DNA of 64,000 nt, from assembly GCA_963921275.4 (NCBI GenBank), contig OZ001293.3, positions 2,144,001-2,208,000 of the forward strand. Direction: 5' to 3'. Positions 49,583 to 61,534 of the stretch are shown in pieces. The notes beneath the pieces are model-generated. The model did not search any database. It was not told where the DNA came from and saw nothing but the letters and a program-made list of their open reading frames with translations. A program made the position numbers and the translations under genes. The stretch is from an uncultured Hormoscilla sp. (lineage in GTDB: Bacteria > Cyanobacteriota > Cyanobacteriia > Cyanobacteriales > Desertifilaceae). Every line of letters begins with the position of its first letter. Position 1 is the first letter of the stretch.

Positions 49583-50256
49583 CAGACAGTTCCCCAACCG
49601 GGCGGCGGCAAGGCCACCTGATCGTCTAGCTTAGAATGAGACACTGCTGACATACTAGCTGAAAGCCAGAGGAACATCTCAACAAAGTTTAGTCCTTTGA
49701 GCTTCACAGGCGTGCGGGTCACGATTTCCGCCAGACGTTCCATGTCCGCATTTTCCACCCCCACGGCAAAGAAGGCCACGTGCTTCTGAACTTCTTCATC
49801 TCTAATGCGCTGGGCGGCCTTGCTAACTACATCTTCCCCTTCTCCCTGGGGCGACCCATCGGTAATCATAAATACCCAGGGGCGATAGTAAGCAATGCCA
49901 TTGGCCCGATATTCGGCTTTGCGGGCTTGGATCCTGTCCAGGGCTTTGTGAATGGCGCTACCCATGAAAGTCTGGCCTTGGGCTGTCAGAATTGGCGACT
50001 CGAACTGGTCGCAGGTAACGAAGTCTTGCTCGATCCTGATATCGTTATTAAAGGTGACGATCGCCACTTCCACCCGGCGGGCTGCGAGGGAATCTTTGAT
50101 CAATTCTGCTCTAAAAGTTTGCAGTCCTTGATTTAAGGCATCAAGAGCCGGTCCCTGCATGGAGCCTGAGGTATCCAGCAGGAGAACGCAGGGACAACGA
50201 GGCTCTGGGTTTTCAGCAAATTCTACTGCTTCGTCTAGTCTTAAGCTATCGGGCAT
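49582..50256 (-). CDS. vWA-domain protein (TerY/YegL-like)
   Basis: NPEPRCPCVLLLDTSGSM, YYRPWVFMITDG, WLSASM. Confidence 0.9.
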   Translation of the reverse strand: MPDSLRLDEAVEFAENPEPRCPCVLLLDTSGSMQGPALDALNQGLQTFRAELIKDSLAARRVEVAIVTFNNDIRIEQDFVTCDQFESPILTAQGQTFMGSAIHKALDRIQARKAEYRANGIAYYRPWVFMITDGSPQGEGEDVVSKAAQRIRDEEVQKHVAFFAVGVENADMERLAEIVTRTPVKLKGLNFVEMFLWLSASMSAVSHSKLDDQVALPPPGWGTV

Positions 50257-53200
50257 GGCTATGGAGTTAATCGGTTGTTCTGTTTCATGTTCTTCTAATT
50301 TGTAGCAAGTCAGCAGTAATTTCTGTAGATCTTTCCCGTCGCATTTGCACCAGGGGCCACGATGGTAAACTCATCAGAGGGGCCCAGACATCAAAATCCG
50401 GCAGTGTATAGACAAACAGTTGTTCGATATCGGGAATAGACCTAAATAATCGTAGCAAAAGTTCTGGGCAGGCGAACAGCACCCGACCACCCCGTTCCCG
50501 CACAACTGTAGCGTAACGAATAAACTGAATCACATCGCCAAAACCTTGTTCGGCATACAGGAGTATCCGGCGTCCTTGCAGATCGGCACCATCCCAACGA
50601 GGGCGTGAGAAAGCTATTTGGTGTTCTTTCTGAAAGTCCGGACATTGCCAGCGCCACTCATACTCGGCCCACCCCTGTTTTAAATCTCCTGAGAGTAGCA
50701 GTACCATGCCCAAGTTTTTGCGTGCTTTTCCGTAGTCTGCTGGCCGCAAGCCGATCGCCTCCCGATAACTGGCGATCGCCTCTTTAAGATTTCCCTTGAG
50801 ACATCCATAATTGTAGCGCCTCGCGGACTGAGACAAACACCTCTGACCAATCTTTTGCCTGGGACTGGCGAAACAAGCGCATAGTCGGATACCAGGGACT
50901 ATCCTCTCGATCTAACATCCAACGCCAGTCCGGGACGAACGGTAGCAACACCCAGACTGGTTTTCCTAGGGCCCCTGCCAGATGGGCCACTGCTGTATCT
51001 ACTGTGATGATTAAGTCTAGTTGTTGCATTGCAGCGGCCGTATCGGCAAAATCTTGCAATTCGGCATCTAAATCGATGAGATTATCTCGGCCCAATTGGG
51101 CGATTTCTGCCACCTGTTCTCCTTTCTGGAGACTATAGAAGGCAATGTCGCCGATCTCTAGGATCGGTAAAAAGTCAGATAACTTACAGGAACGGTCTTT
51201 TGCTGAGCCACTAGCCTGGTTTGTTCCCCAGACTATTCCTACTTTCTGTATCTCTTCTTTTGTTCCCTGGCGGGAGTTAGGGAACGAGAGTAAGCGCTAA
51301 AGCGCTTCTGACGGTGAATCACTCCGCAAATAAGGAATTTGGGCCGGTATGGTATCGAGGGTAGTTCCCAGAATATGAGGTAAAGTCATTAAACTTGCTT
51401 GCACGTCAAATTCTGGCCGGGGAGTTCCTTTTTCCACCAGCCTATCGAGCCCTGGGACCGTGCTAAATAACCGCAGTAATGGTTTTAGGCATTCTACTAT
51501 GACTTTCCCGCCCCGCTGCTCGACTAAAGGAACGTAGCGAATGAACTGAATGGCGTCACCCATACCTTGTTCGCAATAAAGTAGGATAGTACGTCCTTCT
51601 AGGAGCGAACCATCCCAGAGGGGTTGCTTGAATGCATAGATTGATTTTTTTTCCTGGGCATAGGTACCGCATTGCCAACGCCATTCACACTCAGCAAAAC
51701 CCTGTTTCATCTCTCCTAATAGCAACAGCAACATCCCCAGGTTATTGTGGACCAAGGCATCATCTGGACACTGGCCGAGCGCCTGCTGGAAATGCCCGAG
51801 AGCCTCCGAAAATTTTCCCAGCTTTTTCAGGGTATAAGCTAGATTATTATGGGCTTCTGGGTAGTCCGGCTTGAGGACGAGCGCCTGCTGGTACGCATCG
51901 ACTGCCTCTTCTAACTTTCCCATGAGATTGAGAATATTCCCCAGATTATGATAGGCTTCTACATAATCTGGCTGCAGGGCGATCGCCTGCCTGATATAGG
52001 TCAGGGACAATTCTAATTTTCCCTGTGTTTGCAGGGCTATTGCTAGGTTCTTATAGACCAAGGGAATGTGAGCTTGCAGGGCGAGCGCCTGTTGGTAGTG
52101 AGTAATGGCAGCATCTAACTTCCCTTGTTCATACAGGACTATTCCCAGTCCGATATGATTTTTCGGCTGGTTTGGTTCCAGAGCCAACGCTTGCTGGAAA
52201 TGCCCGCTCGCCTCTGTTAATTTTCCTTGTTCCCTGAAGACCACGCCCAAGTGACTATGGGCTTCCACGTGGTCTGGCTGCAATTGCAATACTTGACTGA
52301 AGTAGTCTGCACTTTCCTCTAGTTTACCATTCCCATGGGCGATCGCCCCCATTAAATTCAATGCTTCCGTGTTTTCAGGAGCTTGCCGAATAATTTCTTG
52401 GCACAGCTGTGCTGCTGCTGTCAACCTGCCTTCCTTGTATGCTACTAGCGCCCTGTTCGTCAACTCGCGCTCGTCAACATTATGGTTTGGGTTCAGGGCC
52501 GTGCGTCCGGGGACATCAAGCTCCCGAGAGGCGATGAAGGATACTAACGCTGCTTTCACCTCTACAAATACTCCCGTCCAATCTCCAGGCTGGGACTGAC
52601 GGAACAAACGCATGGTAGGATACCAGGGAGAGTCCTCTCGATCTAACATCCAGCGCCAGTCGTGGCTATAGGCTAGCAGGGTCCAGACTGGTTTGGCGAG
52701 GGCACCGGCTAGATGGGCTACTGAGGTGTCTACTGTTATTACTAGGTCTAGTTCTTGGATGATCGCTGCGGTGTCGGCAAGGTCATTCAGCTTGTCTCCG
52801 AGGAAGATTAGATTTTTGGCGTTGGCTTGGGGGGGTTGGGAGACTCCCTTTTGGAGGCTATAGAGGGTGATGTCTGGCAGGGACAGCAGTTGTATGAAGT
52901 ACTGGATGTCGCAGCCGCGACTGGCGTAGTCGAGTGCCTGTGGCCTCGGAGCACAGACTATGCCTACTTTGAGTTTGTCTGATGTTTGTGGGAGGAGGCT
53001 CTTTATGGCTTCGTTCTCTTCTCTTGCGTGTAGATAGGGTACTTGGGCCGGAATCTTCTCTTCGGTGGTGGTCCCTAGCAGGTAGGGCAAGCTCATGATG
53101 CGGGCACGAAGGTGATGTTCTGGCATCGATGAGGGGGGATCTTCGATGAAATCTTCGATCTCTGGTATAGTAGAGAACAATCGCTTTAATGCTGGAGAGC

Positions 53201-53987
53201 AAGCAACAATCACTTTATCACCCAACTGCTTTACCAAGGGGGCGTAGCGAATAAACTGGATGGCGTCGCCTAAGCCCGATTCTGAATAAAGCAAGATGGT
53301 CTGCCCTGGAAATGGCGAACCATCCCAAAGGGGTGCAGGCGAAAAGTGATAGATAGGCCTAGCAAATCCCGGGAATTGCCAACGCCATTCATGCTCAGCA
53401 AAACCCTGTTGCAAGTCTCCAGATAGCAGCAATGCTGTTCCTAGACAAAAATGGCCGTAGACGGAATTGGGGGCTAGGGCTATCGCTTGCCGAAAATACC
53501 CGAGCGCCTCTGTTAATTTTCTTTGTTGCCCGAGGACCAAGCCCAACTGAATATAGGCTTTCACGTCGTTAACATTATAGTTTGGGTTCAGGGCCAATGC
53601 TTGCTCTCTATGCTGCAACTTTCCCTCGTTATCAGGCCCGGCCTGGTAACGTTGGGCCAGGGTGAACCGCAATACTGCTTCCATCTCTACAAATACTCCC
53701 GTCCAATCTCCAGGTTGGGACTGACGAAAGAGGCGCATAGTCGGATACCAAGGAGAATCTGGGCGATCGCGCATCCAGCGCCAGTCAGGGGAAAAAGGCA
53801 AGAGAGTCCAAACCGGTTTTCCCAAAGCCCCGGCCAGATGGGCCGCTGCGGTATCTATAGTAATCACCAAATCCAAGAATTGGATAATCACAGCAGTATC
53901 AGCAAAGTCATTCAACTTATCTGAGAGGAAAATAATATTTTTGTTGTCTTGCAGTTCCAGGGGTTGGGGGAAATCCTTTTGGAGACT

Positions 53988-54858
53988 GTGCGATTCGTTC
54001 TAGCCTAACGTGGTCAAACACGGAACGCTAGCCCGGTTTCATTAGCCGGGAACTCTGACCGCATGGGGGTTAAATTCCCCTCCCCCCAGGTACGGGGGTG
54101 ACACCGGTCCTCGGTGCTACGAAGCGACATCATCGTGGTGCTAAGCGAGGACTCAAATGTAGGATAACTGGCAGCCTAAGCCGGTGACGCCGCTAGGAAA
54201 GATATCCAAGGTTAGAGCAGGCAAACATGTGCAAGCCTCGTTATAAGGAACCAGCGAAATAAGGCTATATGCGCTGGCCTAAAAAGGAAATGGTAGCTAG
54301 TATTAGTTTTAGACTCTGGCTAATATAGTACTCAAATAGCTCCCGGGGTATAGTGTGGACCTAAAGGTATCGCGAAATGTTGTTAGGGAACGAAGTAACC
54401 TCTCGTGTGCTGTCCATCAGGACAAGTTAGATGTTAAGCGCAAGCCACGGGGGGAGGGATGGCCCAAGAAGCGAATGCCCGGGGTAATTCCTGGGATAAC
54501 ATCTACAGTAATGTAGATGATGCTGGGTAGCCAGCGCTGACGTGGGTCGGTGATACTAGGAAGCTGCTGGAATGAGTAATCCTAAAAAGCCACGGAACTA
54601 ATCCGAAACGCAAGTGGAGGATAAGGTATGGATAACTGGTAAAACTGACTTGAAAATGGTGATACTAACGGTTATCAGAACAACCACTCGCTAAACCAGG
54701 AAAGGGAAGAAAAGACAGGCGGCAAGGGCTAACGGAAGTAATTCCTATTAAGTCTACCTATGAAAAGGGCCTAGTACCCAGTAGCCGGATGCGGTGAAAA
54801 TCGCAAGTCCGGTTCCTCAAGGGAGGGTCGGGAAGCGATTCCCGGCTCGACCCCATCC
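53988..54858 (+). mobile_element. ORF-less group II intron, copy 2 (antisense to host)
   Basis: Same sequence as copy 1; EBS1 loop AGACTC at 54311-54316. Confidence 0.93.
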
Positions 54859-56095
54859 ATAGAGAGTCATGCCAGGCAGAGAAAGCAGCAGTTTTAAAAA
54901 GTGCTTGAGATCGCAGGAACGCTTGCCGGATGTAGGATCGTTTAGTTTTGAGGCCCAAACAATACCCACTTTAAACTTATCTGACGTTTGTAGTGATCCA
55001 CTGTACTTTACGGCCTCCTCTTCTTTTGCGTATAAATAAGGAACTTGGGCCGGAATATTTTCCATAGTAGTACCCAGCAGATGAGGCAAACTCATGAGGG
55101 GGGCGCGAAAGTTAATTTCTGGCAGGGGGTCTCCATCTACGATCAAGCGATCGAGCTCTGGTATAGTAGAGAATAATCGCTTTAATGCTTGAGAGCAAGC
55201 AACAATTACCTTACCACCCTGCTGCTTTACTAAGGGGGCGTAGCGAATAAACTGGATCGAATCACCCAAACCCTGTTCTTCATAAAGTAAAATAGTCTGT
55301 CCAGCCAATGGCTTTCCATCCCAAAGGGGTACAGATAAGGAGTAATAGGGACGCTGAGCAACTTCCGACAATTGCCAACGCCATTCATACTCAGCAAAAC
55401 CCTGTTGCAAGTCTCCAGATAGCAGCAATGCCATTGCTAGACCCCAATGGCCGTAGACGTAATTGGGGTCTAGGGCTAAGGCTTGCCGAAAATGCCCGAT
55501 CGCCTCATCTATCTTGTTCTGTCCTGTCAGGGTATCACCATAGATGCAGAGCAATTGCGGGCTATTGGGTTTCAGGGACAGGGCCTGACGATAATAACCG
55601 CTCGCCCGTTCTAGTTGACCAGTTCGATAATATAGCTGGCCTAGCAGCTGCATAACATTAACATTATACGGTTCTTGCTGGAGAATTTGGTGGTAACTCC
55701 GTTCGGCATCCTCCAACTTTCCCGCTTGGTAATGGGCCAGGGCGATCTGCAATTGGGAATTTGTATCGTAGGTTTTTTCGGGTGTCAACGGGACTGGGGA
55801 AATAGTTATTGAATCCCTCTGCTGTGGGGACAGGTTTGACATTAGCAGTGCCAGGTTATTACGAGCTTCTAGGTAATCTGGGCGCAGGCTGAGTGCTTGC
55901 TGCAAGTGCCCGATCGCCTCATTTATCTTACCTGTTTCTACTAAGGCTATGGCCATGTTATTATGCAATTCAGGATTGGCCGAGTTTAAGGCTAGGGACT
56001 GTTGGTATAATTGAATCGCCCGTTCGTACTGGCCCTGAGAATAGGCTCCCCACCCTAGGATGCGCAGGACATCTGCATCATTGGGGTGCTGCTGT

Positions 56096-56966
56096 GAATG
56101 GGGTCGAGCCGGGAATCGCTTCCCGACCCTCCCTTGAGGAACCGGACTTGCGATTTTCACCGCATCCGGCTACTGGGTACTAGGCCCTTTTCATAGGTAG
56201 ACTTAATAGGAATTACTTCCGTTAGCCCTTGCCGCCTGTCTTTTCTTCCCTTTCCTGGTTTAGCGAGTGGTTGTTCTGATAACCGTTAGTATCACCATTT
56301 TCAAGTCAGTTTTACCAGTTATCCATACCTTATCCTCCACTTGCGTTTCGGATTAGTTCCGTGGCTTTTTAGGATTACTCATTCCAGCAGCTTCCTAGTA
56401 TCACCGACCCACGTCAGCGCTGGCTACCCAGCATCATCTACATTACTGTAGATGTTATCCCAGGAATTACCCCGGGCATTCGCTTCTTGGGCCATCCCTC
56501 CCCCCGTGGCTTGCGCTTAACATCTAACTTGTCCTGATGGACAGCACACGAGAGGTTACTTCGTTCCCTAACAACATTTCGCGATACCTTTAGGTCCACA
56601 CTATACCCCGGGAGCTATTTGAGTACTATATTAGCCAGAGTCTAAAACTAATACTAGCTACCATTTCCTTTTTAGGCCAGCGCATATAGCCTTATTTCGC
56701 TGGTTCCTTATAACGAGGCTTGCACATGTTTGCCTGCTCTAACCTTGGATATCTTTCCTAGCGGCGTCACCGGCTTAGGCTGCCAGTTATCCTACATTTG
56801 AGTCCTCGCTTAGCACCACGATGATGTCGCTTCGTAGCACCGAGGACCGGTGTCACCCCCGTACCTGGGGGGAGGGGAATTTAACCCCCATGCGGTCAGA
56901 GTTCCCGGCTAATGAAACCGGGCTAGCGTTCCGTGTTTGAGCACGTTAGGCTAGAACGAATCGCAC
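56096..56966 (-). mobile_element. ORF-less group II intron, copy 3 (sense to host)
   Basis: Near-identical to copy 1, with differences seen at ~56941 and in the 3'-terminal TC. Confidence 0.93.
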
Positions 56967-57455
56967 AGAATCCTCAAGTATATCTGTTCTGCTTCCCTTA
57001 CTTGTCCTCTTTGGTAATGGACTGCTGCTTGGGAAATTAATTGAGAATATTCTCTCGGAGAGTTAACTTGCTTCGATTTTTCGCGTAGCGTTCTCCTGCC
57101 AACTTTGAGTTTTTTCCTTTTGCCGCGCTTTGCCATCCTGTTTTCCCTTCTCCTGCCATTGTAATCTAACTTGTAAGGGGCACAAAATCGCTGAAGCCCT
57201 TATCATGCAAGGCTTATACCTCTATTCAGCAAGCCCTAGTTAGCATAAGCATAACCAATTCTCCCTCCAGAAAGCGCCAAGTTTAACAATACTTTACAAA
57301 ATCTTAATAATAAACCGCTATGGAGCCTTGGCACCGGCGATTTCAACAGGGGGGCCTTAGACTGGCAACTGCTGCTAATGTCGTCAGGGCGCCGGTCTTG
57401 GCCTCTGGCCCCAATGCGATCGCGTAGCGTGCGCGCAGCGCATTCGCCCCTAAAA

Positions 57456-58322
57456 TCAAGCAAGGCCAGCGCCTTTATTTTTGGTGCGAACGCGCTGATA
57501 CAATTCCTCCATCACTTCAATGAAAGAATTATCCTGGCGCCAAAAAGAGGGGAAATCTCCAGCTTTTTTAACCGCGATCGCGGGAATGCTAGCTACCGAA
57601 GCTGTTTCCACCTGTTGAGGTAAGCGCTTGGCCCCGTGCCAAAAATTTTTGGGAGGCAATACATCTGGTAACTCTAGCTTTTCTGGGGTGGTATAGTAAG
57701 ACTCAAGGGGTTCAATTTTTCGCGCAGCGTTCGGGCTTTCTGGGGTAGCGATCGCCTCAGAGAGAACCTTTCCCAGAGGAGTTTGGGCCAGTTCTGCTTG
57801 CAACGTTGACCTTTCAACGCCCCGCAGTTCAAAGAGTAAAAAGGGGTCTTGGTCCAACTCCGAGGCCACTAAATAATAAACCCCAGCAATATGTTTACAG
57901 GGGTTTGACAAGTCCGGACAGGAACAACTGGTATGAAATTCATCGCTGCGGTAAGGTAATAAATGCAAATTCAGGTGACGAAAAACATCATCAATATTGT
58001 CGGGCACCTCATTCATCAACAGTTTAGAGACCAAGCTAGCTTTCGACCCCAGGTAGGAGATGGCCTTAGACCAATCGGCAGAGGAAATCTTTTTAATTTC
58101 AATCTTTGTCTTATATAAATGTTCCTTGTAAACCCCCAAATGACGATTAATCGATCCCCTCACCCGGGCCTTAATTCTGCCATTAACAATCTGGAATTCT
58201 TTGACCTTGCCATTGCGGGCATAGCTGCGGCCTCGCCCCAGTCTAGCAGAGTCGGAAAACCTTTCTAGGGCCGCAATGAATCGTTTTCCCCACCAAGTTT
58301 TGCTAAATTGTTGTTTTACCAT
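57456..58322 (-). CDS. SWIM zinc-finger protein
   Basis: WWGKRFI, RLGRGRSYAR, CSCPD..PCKHIAGVYY, DPFLLFELRG. Confidence 0.9.
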   Translation of the reverse strand: MVKQQFSKTWWGKRFIAALERFSDSARLGRGRSYARNGKVKEFQIVNGRIKARVRGSINRHLGVYKEHLYKTKIEIKKISSADWSKAISYLGSKASLVSKLLMNEVPDNIDDVFRHLNLHLLPYRSDEFHTSCSCPDLSNPCKHIAGVYYLVASELDQDPFLLFELRGVERSTLQAELAQTPLGKVLSEAIATPESPNAARKIEPLESYYTTPEKLELPDVLPPKNFWHGAKRLPQQVETASVASIPAIAVKKAGDFPSFWRQDNSFIEVMEELYQRVRTKNKGAGLA

Positions 58323-58351
58323 TCTGAGATTTCTCCTTACCTACAACATCA

Positions 58352-61300
58352 CTAGAGAATAGCTTGACGGTTTAAGGCAATTAACTGCTTAAAGCTTTCA
58401 TTATCAAGTTCGGTCAACCAAGATTCATCAGAACCGACGATCGCACTAGCGACCTTCTTCTTATCTTCGATCATCTGGTCAATGCGTTCCTCCAATGTAC
58501 CTAGGGTAACAAATTTATGGACGAAAACATTTTTTTCTTGACCAATTCTAAAGGCCCGATCGGTCGCTTGGTCTTCCACAGCGGGATTCCACCAGCGGTC
58601 AAAATGGAAAACATGATTGGCCTTAGTGAGGGTAATTCCTACCCCGCCTGCTTTTAAGGAGAGGATAAAAGCTGTCGGGTCAGTTTCCGGGTCTTGAAAC
58701 TCTGCAATCATTTGTTCCCGTTTTGTCCGACTCGTACCTCCATGCAGGTAATAAGTATTGTAACGCATGGTCAGCTTCAAGTATTTTTGCAGGGCCTCGC
58801 CAATCTCGGTAAACTGGGTAAAGATTAACAAGCTTTCTCCTTCTGAGATTACTTCTTCTGTCATTTCCCCCAAGCGTGCAAATTTGTGCGATCGATCGGG
58901 AGAGAATTCACTGCCATCTTGGAGGTACTGGCGGGGATGATTGCAAATTTGCTTTAGCTTTATGAGGGTAGATATGGTCAATTCCTTGCGCTGAATACCT
59001 TCGACTTCTTGTAACTGTTTTTCGACATCCTTGACAACGGCCTCATATAAGGAGGCTTGTTCCTGAGTCAGGTTGCAATATTGCTTGAGTTCGACTTTAT
59101 CGGGCAAGTCTTTAATAATCTGCTTGTCGGTCTTCACCCGCCGCAGGATAAATGGTTCGACCAATTTCTTTAGGACTCTGGCCTGGATTTTATTGTTCTC
59201 CTTTTGAATGGGCTGTTCAAAGTTCTTTCTAAATTGGGCTTCTTTGCCTAAATATCCGGGATTGAGAAAGTTAAATATCGACCACAAGTCTAATGGGCGA
59301 TTTTCTACTGGGGTCCCTGTTAAGGCTAGACGATGGTGGGCGGTAAGTTTTAAGATTGCTTGGGTTTGGGCTGTTTTATGGTTCTTGATGTTGTGGGCTT
59401 CGTCCAGGACGATCCGCTGCCAGGTGACTTTTTGTAGTAGTTTAATGTCTTTGCGGGCTAGGGTAAAGGTGGTTATTACGATGTCCTGCTTTAAGCTAGC
59501 TGCCTGGAATATTGTTTCATCTTCGATCCGATTGCGACCATGATGGATCATGCTTTGCAGGTGTGGGGCAAATTTTTCGATTTCCTTTTGCCAGTTTCCT
59601 ACTACGGAGGTAGGGGCAATTAACAGGGTTGGTGGGATGCGATCGCCTGTATTTTCTAGATCCCGTTCGGTGACCAAGCGGCCAATTACTTGTAAAGATT
59701 TACCCAACCCCATGTCATCGGCCAGACAACCATTTAATCCTAACTGTTCGAGATATTGAATCCAGGAAACACCTCGTTTCTGATATTCTCGGAGAGTACC
59801 TTGCAACTGTGGGGGATTGGCAATTGGTTCCAGCTTGCTGGGGTCGTGTAATCCGGCCATCATTTCCCCTAATGTAGCGTCTGGTTCCAGTTCCCATTCT
59901 TTCATATCTTCTGCCGTTTTTTTCCACAAATCTAACAGAGTCATTTCCGGCTGTTCTTCACTGTGCGTAGCCCAAAAATCCAGCATTTGCTGCATCTGAT
60001 TTTGGTCCAACTCCATCCACTGGCCCCGGAATTTGACTAAGGGAGTTTTGACATTAACTAACTGCTGCCATTCTTCGGCGCTAACTGCTTGGCCCCCGAT
60101 CGCCAGTTCGTATTCATATTGGACGATCGTCTGCAGATTAAAATAGCCTTTCCCCGCCGAGGATACAGCTTTCTTAGAGGAAGAAGCCCTCAGACGAATT
60201 TTCGCCCGCTGGCGGCCCGCCGGCGTCCACCAGGCGGGAACCATGACCTTATAACCAGCATCTTCCAATACCCAAGCACTTTCCTTGAGAAAGGCAAAAG
60301 CTTCGGTTATCGTTAAGAGAAAACCCACTGGCCGATCGGTTTCCAATCCCGTCCAGATTTTAGGATACATCCGGGCGGCATAGCCCAAGTTTAACAGCAA
60401 GTCTTTCTCAAAATCTCGACCAAATTGCTTTTGCATCGCCTTTTTGGCTGCCGGTGCCAGATGCCAATAATCCACCAAGTCCAATTTCAGGGACGGGTCT
60501 TTTTTTAAGGAAGCCAGAAATTTAATCTGCCAATCATCATCAACGTTTTCGGACTGCGGTGACTCTAACTGAAAAACCAGGTGAAAAGCTGCCGCTGTTT
60601 GGGCCCCAATCAGCTTTTCCTTCCAACCTTGCCATTGTTGATACTCTGCCAGCACCTCGGGACTATTCTGTTGGCTGACTGGGCAATGAATAGATCTCGA
60701 GAGTAATTGAGAACCGCTAATTTTCTTGTCAAAGGCTGCCGTCCAGGGAGTATTGACAACGATATTCTGCAACAAGCATTCGGAAAAATGGCGCAGTAAG
60801 GTAGGGCGATCGTAAAATTCCCGTTCGGGACTGGCCTTTCCCGAAACGCAGGCCAAGGGCATATAATCGATATATGCTGCGATCTGGGACTCATACTGTT
60901 CGGAAATAATTTCCCAACCAGTATAGATTTCCCAAGCGGGGGGTTTCTTTTTGCCCTTGCCCTTCGTCGCCGGCAATTCCCGATACTTAAAAGCCGGGAT
61001 ATATTGGTCCTTGAGGATAACTTGCTTGAAGGACTGGGTGTAGTGATACCAGAAGAGAAGATCGGCACCCAACCCGATTTCTGAGGAGTTATGGAGGGCC
61101 AGGAAATACAAGTCACTGAGCGCTTTAATCACTGCTTTAACTTGATAGCAGTCAATTTCCCAAGCTTGCCATTGGGAAGGTTCCTCCGGTTCCACTTCCA
61201 GATAGCGAATCAATTCTACAGAAGGTAGGGGTGCCCCTTCAGTGCTGGGCAGAATAAAATATTTAGGAGAAATCTGCTCGCTAAGGTCGGGGGATTTGGC

Positions 61301-61534
61301 AATTCCCAAGTCATCGACCAGGAAGGCGGAAAACTCATCTCTTGTTAACTGTCCCGGATGGCGATTTGCGGACGGTGTCCCCGGAGTAGTGCGAGTAGCG
61401 CTCTCCGGGGACACCGGCTGTCTTTTACGGCTTTTTGGGGGGGGATCCGAAGTTTCCACCCACAGATAAAAACCACCATTTTGGATAAAATCATCTTCCC
61501 CTTGGGGTATCCAGGTGCCGTGCAGAATTTTCAT
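58352..61534 (-). CDS. SNF2-family helicase
   Basis: MKILHGTW, LREYQ.RGV.W, LADDMGLGKS, DEAH, LTGTPVEN, LKAGGVG, DRWWNPAVE.QATDRA. Confidence 0.92.
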   Translation of the reverse strand: MKILHGTWIPQGEDDFIQNGGFYLWVETSDPPPKSRKRQPVSPESATRTTPGTPSANRHPGQLTRDEFSAFLVDDLGIAKSPDLSEQISPKYFILPSTEGAPLPSVELIRYLEVEPEEPSQWQAWEIDCYQVKAVIKALSDLYFLALHNSSEIGLGADLLFWYHYTQSFKQVILKDQYIPAFKYRELPATKGKGKKKPPAWEIYTGWEIISEQYESQIAAYIDYMPLACVSGKASPEREFYDRPTLLRHFSECLLQNIVVNTPWTAAFDKKISGSQLLSRSIHCPVSQQNSPEVLAEYQQWQGWKEKLIGAQTAAAFHLVFQLESPQSENVDDDWQIKFLASLKKDPSLKLDLVDYWHLAPAAKKAMQKQFGRDFEKDLLLNLGYAARMYPKIWTGLETDRPVGFLLTITEAFAFLKESAWVLEDAGYKVMVPAWWTPAGRQRAKIRLRASSSKKAVSSAGKGYFNLQTIVQYEYELAIGGQAVSAEEWQQLVNVKTPLVKFRGQWMELDQNQMQQMLDFWATHSEEQPEMTLLDLWKKTAEDMKEWELEPDATLGEMMAGLHDPSKLEPIANPPQLQGTLREYQKRGVSWIQYLEQLGLNGCLADDMGLGKSLQVIGRLVTERDLENTGDRIPPTLLIAPTSVVGNWQKEIEKFAPHLQSMIHHGRNRIEDETIFQAASLKQDIVITTFTLARKDIKLLQKVTWQRIVLDEAHNIKNHKTAQTQAILKLTAHHRLALTGTPVENRPLDLWSIFNFLNPGYLGKEAQFRKNFEQPIQKENNKIQARVLKKLVEPFILRRVKTDKQIIKDLPDKVELKQYCNLTQEQASLYEAVVKDVEKQLQEVEGIQRKELTISTLIKLKQICNHPRQYLQDGSEFSPDRSHKFARLGEMTEEVISEGESLLIFTQFTEIGEALQKYLKLTMRYNTYYLHGGTSRTKREQMIAEFQDPETDPTAFILSLKAGGVGITLTKANHVFHFDRWWNPAVEDQATDRAFRIGQEKNVFVHKFVTLGTLEERIDQMIEDKKKVASAIVGSDESWLTELDNESFKQLIALNRQAIL

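Larger units (their letters stand above)
50285..57136 (-). pseudogene. Multi-module TPR / GT9-like glycosyltransferase gene carrying two group II introns; distal modules frameshifted
   Basis: Removing both 871-nt inserts gives one frame from 57136 to 51297 (IYLRIL|QQHPND; MTLY|SLQKD); repeated EQGxGDxIQFIRY and VDTxVAHLAGAL modules; further breaks near 51300 and 50790. Confidence 0.85.

Noticed and set aside
53988..56966. Composite transposon bounded by long inverted repeats
   Set aside because: The repeats are independent intron insertions; the host frame is continuous across both and there is no transposase or TSD
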